Part shown: piece after piece, positions 24,805 through 36,898 of the stretch
How the letters are laid out: each line of letters starts with the position of its first letter
How positions within the stretch are numbered: the first letter of the stretch is position 1
From: Vermamoeba vermiformis
Lineage: Eukaryota
Reading direction: 5' to 3'
NCBI GenBank assembly: GCA_045837725.1
Contig: JBEWZL010000006.1
Span: forward strand, 310,001-347,643
Length of the DNA: 37,643 nt
The notes under the pieces: generated by a model
The model's database searches: none
Told to the model about the DNA's origin: nothing
The model's input: only the letters and a program-made list of their open reading frames with translations
Position numbers and translations under genes: made by a program

Positions 24805-27800
24805 ATGGAACAAACTAGTAGTACAAATAACCTTTCTGAATCGACAATATGGAGTAATACTACGCTGCAATTTTCCAAAGCACAAGTTACTGCCCTGTCG
24901 ATCTCTTCAGACGGAAGAAAAGCGGTTATTGGAGGGTATGTATACGCTTAAAATTGGTAGTATTTTGCTATCAGTTCCTCAAGAAAATGCGAGTTGCCTG
25001 TTAGTTTACTTTCAGACCTACATCCCAAGTTCTCTTCAATTTATTTATTTTGATTTATTTTAGCATAAAATGAAGTAAAAGTATGCTAATATAATTTTGT
25101 AACTAGGAAAAAGTCGTTGTATTTGCTAGACCTTGAAAAATTCAATGATCCACCGCAAACTTTAAAATCACAAAAAACACCTCTTTATGATGTCAACCAA
25201 ATTAAGTGGAGCACTAGAAGTAATGTAATTGCCTCAACGGTACGTATTATTATAATTTTAGGAATAAGTTGGGCCGATCTGAAACACAAAATTCAACTCA
25301 TTCGCAAGTAATGCTTCAAAATTTGGTTGATTATGGCATAATATTTTTCTAAAATTCGGCCAGCTATATCTTCAATTTTTTATTTCAAAATATCGCGCGA
25401 ATCGTTCGATGACATTTCTGTCGAAAAATGTTCTACAAATATTCTAATTATAGTCGCATACGATATCAATCTAAATATTAACTTCATTGGGTTTATTAGA
25501 ATAATCAATTGCTAAATGTTTGGGATATCAACGACGAACGATTTGCCTTGCAAGCACAACTCCAAGCACATAGACGACCCATTCACGATTTGAATTGGAA
25601 CACTTTCGAGCCTAATTTGCTCACTACGGCCTCACTCGATGGCTACATTTTCTTGTGGGACACGCGTGATTTGAAAAAACCCGCGAAAATGAAATATTTC
25701 AAACCTGGAGGTACGTTAAATTAAGCAGCGCTTATTATTTGTTGACAAAATTCCAAAAAATGGAAAAATAATCTATTCTTGAAATTATAGGCACGTGCAG
25801 TCAAGTTAAGTGGAACAGATACCGATCAGTTATTTTGGCTGGCAGTAGCGGAGGTGAAGTGCGCGTGTGGGATATTAGAGTAAGCATCGAGTATAATCGA
25901 TATGACAAGTGTCGCCTTGACAGGAGTGAATTCATTGAGTTGCTCAAAAAAAATAACCGCCGTGTAATTAATGAAATTATTCTTCAGACTGACGCCCCAC
26001 TCGTGAATATTCGAGCAGAGTCAGCGGACATTGTGACATTGGATTGGAGTTACACTGACGAGTCTGAATTGTTGACAGCGAGTCATACTAATAATATCAA
26101 GGTAACATCGACAAGTGAATCGCGATTAAGTGTTCTAACAACGAACTGTAGTTTTGGTGCATTGATCGACCACGCGTACCAACCGGCACATTAATTACTC
26201 CACTCGCCGTGAGCAGAGCAAAGTTCTCGGTATGTTGTTTCCCCTTGTGGTGACTAATGAAGCTAATTTTTGCGGGGCAGCCCTTTGGTTTTGGTGTCGT
26301 TGCGCTTTCGAACAAGAACGTGTCTTCGTCCTTGGATTTGTACAGTTATGCCACACAAGAGGCGCCCAAAGGACCCAACAACATCAGTATCATTCAGAAC
26401 TACGTCTCGGGCGTCACTCCAGCTTCGAGCAAAGCGAGCGTCACGACTTCGTCCGTCGCGTGCTTGTCTCCCGACAGAAACTCTGAGCTGGCGTCGTTTG
26501 ATTGGCGTGTTGTCGAGACAAATGGTAGTAGTAAGTCATACTAACGGGCAATAGACTAACTACCATGGCGCAGGTTACCGCGAGTATCAAATTCTTGCAT
26601 TGTCCAAGAAGGATCACAGCTTGAGGTTCATTCCTATTTCCGCCGAGCAGCAGAAGGTACAGTTCTTGTTCTTACTATTCGTTCAGTAGTATTGACAGAT
26701 GTTAGGCTTGTGGTTACGAGCCCTCAGCAGCGTGTGTAGCCAAGTCAAGTGGCTGCACTACCGACAACAAAGAAAACATGACGAGCAGTACCATGCTGTC
26801 ACTCGACCAAGAGTTCTCGCTGATCAAAAGTCTCCAAGTACCTAATATTTTGATCGAAAAAGTGTCTTCACAGACGCGCTCGTTGATCATCACGGCTCAG
26901 CGCGGCAAATTCTTGGTGCAAGTTAAGATCACGTTCCCTTCGCTCTATCCTATTGAAGCACCTCCCGCTTTTGAAATGTTGTCCAATATCTCACCGCAGT
27001 CCAAAGTCAAGATCAAGGAGGTCAGTAACAAATACCTGAGACATGATAATGTATCGTGTCAATTGACAATTCTTCTGCCCAGGCGCTTGTTGGCACCGCG
27101 CAAGAGTTCGTGGAAAAGAATAGTAACTGCATTGAGCCGTGTCTGCGCAAGTTATCTATTTTGCTCGAACAAGAGGAGTTGAGCAATCAAACCAAACCTG
27201 CTGTACCCACCAGCGTGTCAATGCCCACCATTTCAGTTGCAACTCTTGGAGGAACTTCGGTCGATCCCAATCTGCCGTCGAACATGACGAACTACATGGT
27301 CAAGCCATTCGACACCTTGGCTTCTATCGCACTTACATTTGGCATGAACATCGCTGAGCTCCGTCAACTCAACAAAATCCACCACAGCTCACAACTGCTG
27401 CCCGGTCAAAACTTGGTTGTATACAAGAAAGCACCAACCAAAGGCAAAGTTAGTCCGCGTGGTGACCACACGGGAGAAAAACCCACGCTAGGTGTGAAGC
27501 GATCCATGACAGCTGTGTCTCGCGGTGATAGCCGCAGACAGTTGAAAATGAGTCGAGATGACTCGCACATCAGTGAGGTCAAACACGACCCGACATTGTG
27601 GCAGCACGCAAAACAAAAGTAAGTTTTGTCCTTTGTAGATAGTCCGTGAAGCCTAACAATTGTCGTAGGAGCAATGTTGAAGTGAAGCACAAGTTCAAGC
27701 CTTCGATTGGCAGTGCAGCCGTACACAAGGCTAAAGTGAAGTTCATCGACATGTCCAACTCACAGCAAATCAGCTCAGTATGTTACCCGTGGTTAATACT

Positions 27801-29379
27801 CAACACAGTGCTAATAATATAATTTAGATTACTGGTATTCTCACGATCACCACAACGCAGTTTATTTTCGAGCCAGATCTCGATCAATACGCTGTGTGGG
27901 AGCGCGGCGTGCTGCAGTACACGATATTCAATGAGATGACAAATGTCATCAGCTGCGAGGTCGTTAACTCTGACATGTTTTTCGAGGACGATGACGTAAG
28001 TGTGCACTTGCAATTGTACCTGGAGCGTGTGCTTAATGGGAATATTAGGCCGACAAAGGTACCTGGCGATTCGACGATGAGCACGCCAATGCACTGCTGC
28101 AGGTGTGCATGGATGAGGTGCAGAAGGTTACCAACTCGAAGATCTTGCACTTCTTAACACCACGTGTGAAGTACGTACTCAATAGACCACCTTTTAGTTC
28201 GAGACACTAATTCTTTCAGGGCTCGTGAGCTGAGCAAAGCCATCGAACAATGGATTACACGCACGAAAGAGAAGTCCTTGATGGAGTCCCTCAACTTGGA
28301 CTCACCGTTCCGCAAGTGGACTGGCGTCACTCTGCGCAGGAACAGCGTGGCACCGAGCAAGACTATGATCGGCAAGCGACAGACTGGTGGCAATAAAGAG
28401 AACGCTGTTGTAAACACAGCACAAACAGCCAATGCCAACCAAACTGCGACGCAACCAGCTCCCAAGTTGAAAGAAGAGCCTCGTCGTTTGAGCTTCTTCG
28501 AGAAGTTGACTGGTCGTCGTTCTTCGAAGTCCTCACAGCCCGCTCCAACTCAGACCCAGCCAGCACAAAAGACTTCGATTATTAACTCCTTCTTTGGTGA
28601 GTGGGAGGAAGTAGAGGCTGCGGCAGAAGAGCCTAGTCCTAACGCACCTGTGACAGCTGTCACCAGTCACATGTAAGTCTCGCTGGAGTTCAATCTAGAA
28701 CTAGGACTAATCGCCGACCATACTTAGTACCAAGACTGGCAGTCAAGTGGCTAGCGCGGGTGTCAAAGAAGTGCCGCCAGCAGCTGCCGAAGAAGATGAT
28801 TGGCTACCTATCTTGCTCGATGAATCCAAACTGCTCACAAAAGAATCAGTCAAAGAGCTGTGGGACTGCGTACCCAATCGCTATCGCTACGACTATGACT
28901 TGCGCAAGTTGTTCTCGACTGACACTAACGGCACGAGTTTGATCACGTTCTTCTCAAAAATGCGCAATCAACAGCCTTCATTGATTATCATTCGCGATGA
29001 AAATCAATACATCTTTGGCGGTTTTGCGTCAGCACCGTGGGAGACCAACCCTGTGTTCTACGGCACGGGCGAGTGTTTTGTCTTCGCCTTGAAGCCCGAG
29101 TTCAACGTTTACAAATGGACCAAGTCGAACAACATGTTCATGTACGCCCAACGCGACGGAATTGCCATGGGTGGAGGGTAAGTTTAGCGCGTTTACAATG
29201 CTGGCTCTTTACTGATTGTTCGTAATAGTACTGGAGGTCACTATGGATTCTGGATCGACTCAGAATTCAACTGCGGTACCAGCGAAGTTTCCAAAACATT
29301 TTTGAATCGTCGATTGTCCGCCAGCGAAGAATTTAAATGTAGTATTGTGGAGGTTTGGGGACTTGTAAAGAAGAAATAG
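24805..29379 (+). CDS. WD40-RWD (WDR59/Sea3-like) fused to LysM-GRAM-TLDc (OXR1/NCOA7-like); multi-exon
   Basis: ATG at 24805 (…VTALSISSDGRKAVIGG). WD repeats such as AHRRPIHDLNW...LTTASLDGYIFLWDTRD. RWD LDQEFSLI...VKITFPSLYPIEAPPAF. LysM YMVKPFDTLASIALTFGMNIAELRQLN. GRAM-like ITGILTITTTQFIFEPD...GVLQYTI. TLDc LFSTDTNGTSL...IFGGFAS...FYGTGECFVF...IAMGGG...VEVWGL. Stop TAG at 29377-29379. Confidence 0.85.
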
Positions 29380-29469
29380 ATGTAATGTAAATAAAAGCGT
29401 ATTTATTAGACAGTATTGGTTTGTATTAACATTATTCCATGTGAAATTTACAAATAATTGATAGTGCAC

Positions 29470-31053
29470 TTAACGGAGAGTGTTGCCTTTGCCTCCGAAG
29501 GGAACGAATTTCTTGTCGTCTGCTTTGGGTTCCTCTTTAGCCGCAGTTGTGGTAGTGGTAGTGGTGGGCTTAGGGTGCACAGGAATAGGCTGTTCGAACG
29601 TTAGGTTTGGTTAACAACTGATTGCTACAGTACGTACAGAGTTTCGAGGAGGAGTTGTGGCGAAGTTGATACTAGCTCCTGTTCCGTAAGGTGATGAAGA
29701 CAAGAGACTGGAATTGTTCGGTGACCTGCACAAAATGAGCGGTAAATCAATCTGTGCACGAGAGGCATAACAGAACTAGCCCTTACTTGGACAAGTTATC
29801 GAGAGTAGTTGACGCCTTGTTGATTGGCTTGCCGCTAATTCTGCTGCCACTGCCGCCGAAGGGCACAAACTGATTCTTTTTCTCCTCTTCATAACTGTCC
29901 TCCGAGTCATCGAGTTCGCGCTCCAAGTCGTGCAACTCATCCTTGTTGGCCATCAAATCTTCCAAGTCAGGTTCTTCGTGTTTTGGTGTGGGTTCTTGAT
30001 AGCCGATTGGAGCTGCGAAGTCGACTTGCATGTCTGTTTCGATTATCGACACCGCGTTTAACGGATTAGTCGGGCGCGCTTCGAGAACCTAGTCGTTGAC
30101 TGTTATAATCTTTGCGTAACAAAGTTCTTTTGTGCTCCCTCTTACCGCCAAGTAGTAGTCCTTGTTGTTGTAGCGGAACAAAATGATGTCGCCAATCGTC
30201 AGGGCGGAATATTTACGCAGTGTTTGTTCCAACCTGTAAAAGAGTACTTAAGTGTCATGCTATTGATATTAGGCGTTGTCGTCGACATATTACATACACG
30301 GCTTTGGGGTTTGAAATGTCCAAAAAGTCCACGCTTTGTGGTTGAAATTTTGCGTAGCTGGCGCGAGGTAAAGAGACGCTCGTTACTTTGAGAAAGTCGT
30401 TTGGTTCAATACCAATATTTTGCATCATCTAATGACTAGTATTAATTTTGAAGTTCGTTTTGATCTGGTGTATTTACCCATAGAGGCACGTAGACCTAAG
30501 GTAATCAAATTAGCAAATAATAAATCGAAATAATATTAATTTTAACGTACTCTTCCTTCTTCGGCCGTAAATTCTAATACACCACCTGCGTGACGTCATT
30601 ATTACAAACGTGTAGAAAGTTTTAGTCTTGGTTCACTTACAGTGCGATTTTCTGGCAGGGAATTTTGGGTTTATTAATGAAAATAAGAGGGGATAAACCA
30701 GGTTCAGTTGCGCTGATCAGGAGTCATTTAGTTTTTCATTTAAAAAATAATTAGAATATTTACCAATTCGTCCTAAGGCACTCGGAGGCATAATAACTAC
30801 GAAAAAATATATGTGAGTATATTTAAATTAATTTTTAGGGTTTATCGAGATTAAAAAAACATTTCGAAAACTGGATGCTTACTCTTTCCGCCATCTTCAA
30901 GTTCTGGTTTCATAGCCAGCATTGGTGTAACCCTATATGTTTGAGAAAAGGGCGCAGCAACAGGGTTATTCATTCCGGGGAAATTAATTTGTGGATACTG
31001 GACAAACACGATACCGATCAGCGACGAACTATTGGAAGAATTTTACTTACCAT
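29470..31053 (-). CDS. UFD1: Ubiquitin fusion degradation protein 1 (p97/Cdc48 cofactor); many short exons
   Basis: ATG-only first coding exon, then EDGGK/IIMPPSALGRL, HC/GVLEFTAEEGR, VYVPLW, FLDISNPKAV/LEQTLRKYSALTIGD and VSIIETDMQVDFAAPIGY. Two SHP boxes: FVPFGGSGSRISG and FVPFGGKGNTLR*. Confidence 0.93.
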
Positions 31054-31730
31054 TTGTTTTCTTATCGCCGATTGTGGTGTTGTTTTTTGTAATGTTGTGA
31101 AAGAGCAACCTCGATGAAATTCTTGCCGGCGAGGAAAATTCGGCCGTCGAACGTTTCCAAAAAGGGCAATCTCACTAGCTGGTACTGCTCATTACCCAAG
31201 TATGTGAGGTTGAGAACAGCCGCTTTGTATCGCTAGAAGTGACATCCTTATTACACATAACTAATGTTTGCAATCTCGTAAGTCTTACGAACTGATTGGT
31301 TTTGCACCGGGACGTCTAATGTGTATATGTACGTATAGGATTCAACGCATAGGAGAAACGTCCGGCAAAACGTTGATTCGAAAGTTTTTTTTGCATTAAT
31401 AATTCTGAAGATTCAATTCCAATTGCTTACAACAATTAAAATCTCAACGAAACATCTTTATTTATGGTGCTTGATTGATTTTGATACTTAGCAGTGCAGA
31501 TTCAATGATTAGCGCACGGGATCAAGGTAGGTTACGGATGCACAAAAAATAGTCTGAGATGCTAATTTGAATATACCATAATTTTGAATAATTACCATTC
31601 CTCAAATTATCGAATATGATTTCAATTGGCTAAATATTAACTCTATTTGATATTATTTTCCAAATTAGATAAATTATTACAATCTGACGAATAATGTTTT
31701 ACCTTTGTAGAAGGAGAATAGATAAGGTAG

Positions 31731-34700
31731 ATGGAGCAATTAAAAAGCGCTTTTGGACTAAAAGACATCATCTCTGACGTCTCATCCCGAATCAGGACGA
31801 GCGATCGGCAACAGATAGTAACGCGATTTCTGCAAGACGATATTTGTATCGCCGATCATGCGAGTATCAGTTATATTTTGGAAACACTTCTTGGTTCAAG
31901 TATTGCGATAACCAAAAGTGGAATTACTTCTGTGGTTGTTGATTGCTCTGATCATGACGCGCAACATTACGACGTTTCCGTTAGTATTCAAAGCAACGAT
32001 GTTGCAGCAAGTATGAAGGAGGAAGAATCAATCGGCTCAGAGCAAATTGCGAGGTAATTGAGCTGCTTCGGGGATACAAATATACTAAAACGCTTTAGTG
32101 CCGCGGTTTGCAAATGCATCAAGATGGTAGAATCAATGAAAGGAACAATCACTGGCGGTTTCAACAGAGATTTTGGCACAAGGTTCAGATTTAACATCCA
32201 TGCAGCGAAATCTCCCACTCCGGAATATTGTGCGCGCACATTAACGACGGAAGAACAAGCGAAACACGACAGAATCATGGCGATGTTCAGGACGTCGGGC
32301 AAGAATGGCGAACTTATGGCTGCGACGGACTGGTCGAAGACACCATTGGGACCACTCGAAACTTGGCCTCAGAGTTTGATCACTACCGTTAGTATCTGCT
32401 TGAAGTCAAGATTTCCGATGCTCATTTGGTGGGGACCGCAATTGACAATGATTTACAACGAAGATTACAATTCCATCTTGGGTGCGAAACACCCGAAGTC
32501 CATGGGTCAGATCGGATCGGAATGTTGGCCCGAGGTCTTCGACATCATTGGCCCTATGCTTCACGGAGTCATGCAAGGCAAGGGAGCCACTTGGTCAGAA
32601 GATCAGATGCTCCCTTTGTACAGAAACGGTTTTGTCGAGGAGTGCTACTTCACGTTCTCGTACAGCGCCATTCACGACGAAACCAATGACATTGCAGGCA
32701 TATTCACAGCTGTTTTCGAGACCACAAAGAGCGTCATTGACAAGCGCCGCCTCAACGTGTTGAAAGAGATGGGTCGCGCTACTTCAGCGACTTCAGTACG
32801 ACAGGCCTATCAGATGATTGGTAATGCACTCTCAACGTTGCCGAATTGCTTGCCGTTTTGCGCATTGTACAGCTTAGAGAACGAGAGGTTTGTTCGTCAG
32901 ACCGTGTGCGGACTTCCCGAAGATCACGCGGCTTGCCCAATAGAGCTGAACGAGCGCAGCCTTTGGCCTTACTCTCAAGTTATTGAAAGCCGCAAAGCCG
33001 TTGTCGTGAAGGACGTTGTGAAAAGATTTGGCTCAATCTTTTGTCCTTCATGGCGAGAAAGAATTACGAAGGCGATGATAGTGCCCTTATTCTCGAACAA
33101 GCAGTCAAGCGAAATTATCGGCTTATTCATCACTGGACTCAGTTCGTGGCTGGTGTACAACGAAGAATACACGAGCTTCATTGATTTAATTGGAAATCGT
33201 ATCTGCAACATTGTCAGCACCATTCAGTCGTATGTAGACCAAGTTCACCGAGCGGAAGAGTTGATGCGCATCGACAAAGCCAAGACCCAATTTTTCACCA
33301 ACATCAGTCACGAGTTCCGCACGCCACTCGCGTTGATGTTGGGCCCACTTGCCGATTCATTGGCAGATGATGTTAACCCATTGAATGAAGAGCAGCGCAG
33401 GCGACAAGAAATGATTCAAAGCAATGCTCTGCGGTTACTGAAGCTCGTGAACAACGTGCTGGACTTTGCCAGGATCGAAGCCGGACGCACACAACTCAAT
33501 TTAGTACCCGTCAATATCTCCGAAGTTACCAAGAATCTCAGCGGAACATTTCAGTCGATCATTGCTCACGCAGGACTGGAGTATGTCGTTGATATTCAAC
33601 AAGTTCCGCAGACCTTCCTCGATGTAGATATGTGGGAAAAGATTGTGCTCAATTTATTGTCCAACGCGTTCAAGTTCACTTATCGCGGTAGCATCACTGT
33701 ACGACTGCACCAAGTGGAAACAAACATTATGTTTAGCGTTGCTGACACTGGCGTTGGCATTGCTGAGAGCGAGCAACCGAAGATATTTCAGCGATTTTAC
33801 CGTGCTGAGCATTCACAGGGCCGCAGTTTTGAAGGCTCTGGCATTGGCTTGGCACTCGTTCAAGAACTTGTCAAATTGCACAACGGAACCATCTCTTTCC
33901 AAAGCCAAGTCAACCAAGGAACTACGTTCACAGTGGTCTTGCCAATTACGAAAACCAACGATCGTTCCGACTTCGCTCCCGTTGCCGCTGCACCTGCAAC
34001 TCATACCATCCAAAACAGTCAAGCCGCCCTCAACGAGATCAGTAAATGGGTTGCGCAAGAAGACGAGCGCTTCGTAGTCAAATCTCTCGGACAAAACGCT
34101 CGCGCTCACGTGCTACTCGTCGACGACAATGTAGACATGCGAAACTACCTCCAAAGTATTCTGGCACCACATTACCGTATTTCGATTGCGAAGGATGGCC
34201 TTGAAGCGCTCGAAGTAGTAGAAAAAAACCCACCCGATCTAATACTCAGCGATGTTATGATGCCTCGACTTGATGGCTTCGGCTTAATTAAGCGTCTGCG
34301 TAGTTTGGCAACTACAAATAGCATTCCAATCATTGTTCTCTCTGCGCGTGCTGGCGAAGAGGCTAAAGTTGAAGGCCTTGAAGTTGGTGGGTAGAAGTGC
34401 AGTGCAGGTTTAACCCTAACTAACCACTTAATCTCAGGTGCCGATGATTACTTGGTCAAAACAGCCTTTTCTGAAAAGGAGTTACTAGCTCGCGTCAAGA
34501 CTCACTTTGAGTTGGGTCGATTGCGTTCCCACCTCGAACGAGAGGTTGCCAGAAAAACGGAACAACTGACGCAAGCAAACACTACGTTATCGGAGTTCAT
34601 CGACATGATCTGCCACGAGATACGAAATCCGTTGCACGGCATGGTTGGTAGCTGGCAATTGTTGTCCGAACACTTGGAAAATCTGAACATGAATATTTCC

Positions 34701-35762
34701 GAGCGCACTCACTCTAACTTGGCTATGGAATTATCAGAGATGAAAGACTACCTGACAAACATCAAAGAGTGCACGATGTATCAAGCACGTGTCATGGACG
34801 AGGTCGTACTGTTAGCCAAGCTATTTGCAAACAAGTTCGAGCTCCATCCTAAAGCCTGTCACCTCAGCAAGCTTGTCAACAAAATTCTTCGAAAGGTTGA
34901 AGACAACGCAGAGGCAAAAAGCATCAGATTTGTCCAAAGTCACAATATCAAAGAGGACACGCTTGAAATCGATGCGCGATGCATCGAGCAGATTCTGACT
35001 AGCGTAATTACCTACGTTATGGACACAACGAATAACGACAGTGTGGTGCATGTGTCGCTCTCATCGCGTTTGCAAGACCCTGACTTGGTGGAGCTGAACG
35101 CAAAGATTTTAGCAATGAATTTCATGATGGATGAAAGTGCATTTAATCGATTGTTAACCCTACAACAGCAGTCCTTTGCCAATCGAAGTGTTGGCATTCA
35201 TTACAACAATACTGGATTCAGTCTGGCCATCAGTGAACGACTAGTGAAGGTGATGGGAGGAAAGATTGAGGTCGTAAGTGAGTCAGCGAATGGTTCAACA
35301 CTGTCTGGCCTGGCATTCAACGTCATTGGCAAGTTATCATCACATGAAGATGAAAAGCCACTGCCACAAAGTAATCGAGTGTTCACCAAAAGGGCACTCG
35401 TTGCAGAGGACAACTACGTCAATCAAGTTTTGTGTCGTGCTCTGTTGAAGAAAAAAGGCTATGAGTGTCACATTGCTAGTAATGGAAGAGAGGCACTAGA
35501 AAAATATCAACCAGACTATTATGATTTCATTTTGATGGATATTGCAATGCCAGAAGTCAATGGCCTTGATGTAACAAAGCAAATTCGACAAATTGAAGCA
35601 TCAAATAATGTACAGTATCCAGTGTTTATCATTGGGCTCAGTGCTTATGCACAGGCAGAAAAAGTTGCTGAAGCGTTTGCAGCAGGAATGAATGATTTCA
35701 TCAGCAAGCCAGCTACCCTGGACAAAATTATTGGAATTATTAAGCAGTGGACAAACCATTGA
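31731..35762 (+). CDS. Multi-module hybrid histidine kinase (degenerate HATPase - PAS-like - GAF-like - HisKA - HATPase - REC - HisKA - degenerate HATPase - REC); introns 32054-32098 and 34387-34437
   Basis: DWSKTPLGPLETWPQSL sensor region. H-box FFTNISHEFRTPL, N-box IVLNLLSNAFKFT, G1 DTGVGI, G2 GSGIGL. REC LILSDVMMP. Second H-box FIDMICHEIRNPL and second REC FILMDIAMP...FISKP. Both introns restore the frame. Confidence 0.92.
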
Positions 35763-35880
35763 TGTAAATAAATGTATAAACTTAGTAACTAGGGATGGAT
35801 TAATTGTGGTCATGATACTAGCTGGTGTGCATGTTTATTTAGAGGACTGGTCTGAAGATTAACACATTTACTAACTTTGT

Positions 35881-36153
35881 ATGGACAAAAAACAAATGCT
35901 CCAATATAAGGCAGAACAATTACTGCTATTAAAGACCGTAATTGAACAAATCCCTTATATTAAAACCAAATCTGGGATTCCAAGCTTTGAAGAGCAAGAG
36001 GCTTTTGCCTGTTTGTGGAAGCAGCAATGCATCCCAAGTCATAAAACACTGTTCATTAAAACAGAGATAGTGCAGTGTGTGTGTAGAACCATCAAAGTGT
36101 CCTACTCATTGTGTATTGGACATGGTTTCAAGGGTGACAGACAGGGACCATGA
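35881..36153 (+). other. Intronless 90-aa ORF of unknown status in the CpG-depleted region
   Basis: ATG-initiated ORF with no recognisable domain; may be a decayed mobile-element or viral ORF. Confidence 0.25.
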
Positions 36154-36495
36154 CCTCCTGTGTAAGGAAAATCTAGTCAGATTTGTAACTTTGAAGCTAA
36201 GAAGAACCTGGCTTACCTCACACGGGTTCCTTACTAGACGGCAGTCCAATTGAAGCTTGTAGAAGGTGTAAGAAGGCCAGCAGCACTACAAAAACATTAA
36301 AAAGTAGATGCCACACATCTGAAGTTCCAGATTTAAAACCAAATGCCACCTGCTTGTGAGCTATTATCCTGAGAGCATGCCCCTAATTGAGGAACACGTA
36401 CATGAGTCAGTACTCAGCAGTGAGCCCGAGTTGCATTAGTATACTATGTAGGGCTAACTTCCACTTTAGGGTTTAACTTTTTAACTTTTTTTACA

Positions 36496-36630
36496 GGGGC
36501 GTCCCCGTGGCGCGGACGGGGTCTGGTCAAACTTGGTCAACAAGGGGGCGTCCCCGTGGCACGGACCGGGGTCTGGTCAAACTTGGTCAACAAGGGGGCG
36601 TCCCCATGGTGTGGACAGGGGTCTGGTCAA
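36496..36630. repeat. GC-rich tandem repeat, ~49-50 bp unit, ~2.7 copies
   Basis: GGGGCGTCCCC(G/A)TGG....GGGGTCTGGTCAA(ACTTGGTCAACAA) recurs at ~36496, ~36545 and ~36595. Confidence 0.92.
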
Positions 36631-36898
36631 TCACACAGAACTGATTTGGAATTGGTTAGCAAAAAAAATGCAAAATAAACCCTTAAACAATCTATTCTGC
36701 TTGTTTTTGCCTACTGCTGATGTTTTGATACAAATTTGACTAAGAAAAGAGCCCATTCTGGTTGCCTTGGTGTCAGAATTCTGACAGCACTCCAAGGTGA
36801 GATTAGTGCACTTGCAGCCTCAAAGGAACACTTGATAGTGTGCCGCAAGCGTGATTTTACTTCACTTTATTAACTTTTGGGCAGTTTTTTTTATTTTC

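Noticed and set aside
36464-36475. Telomere-like TTTAGGG
   Set aside because: Single unit, not an array.
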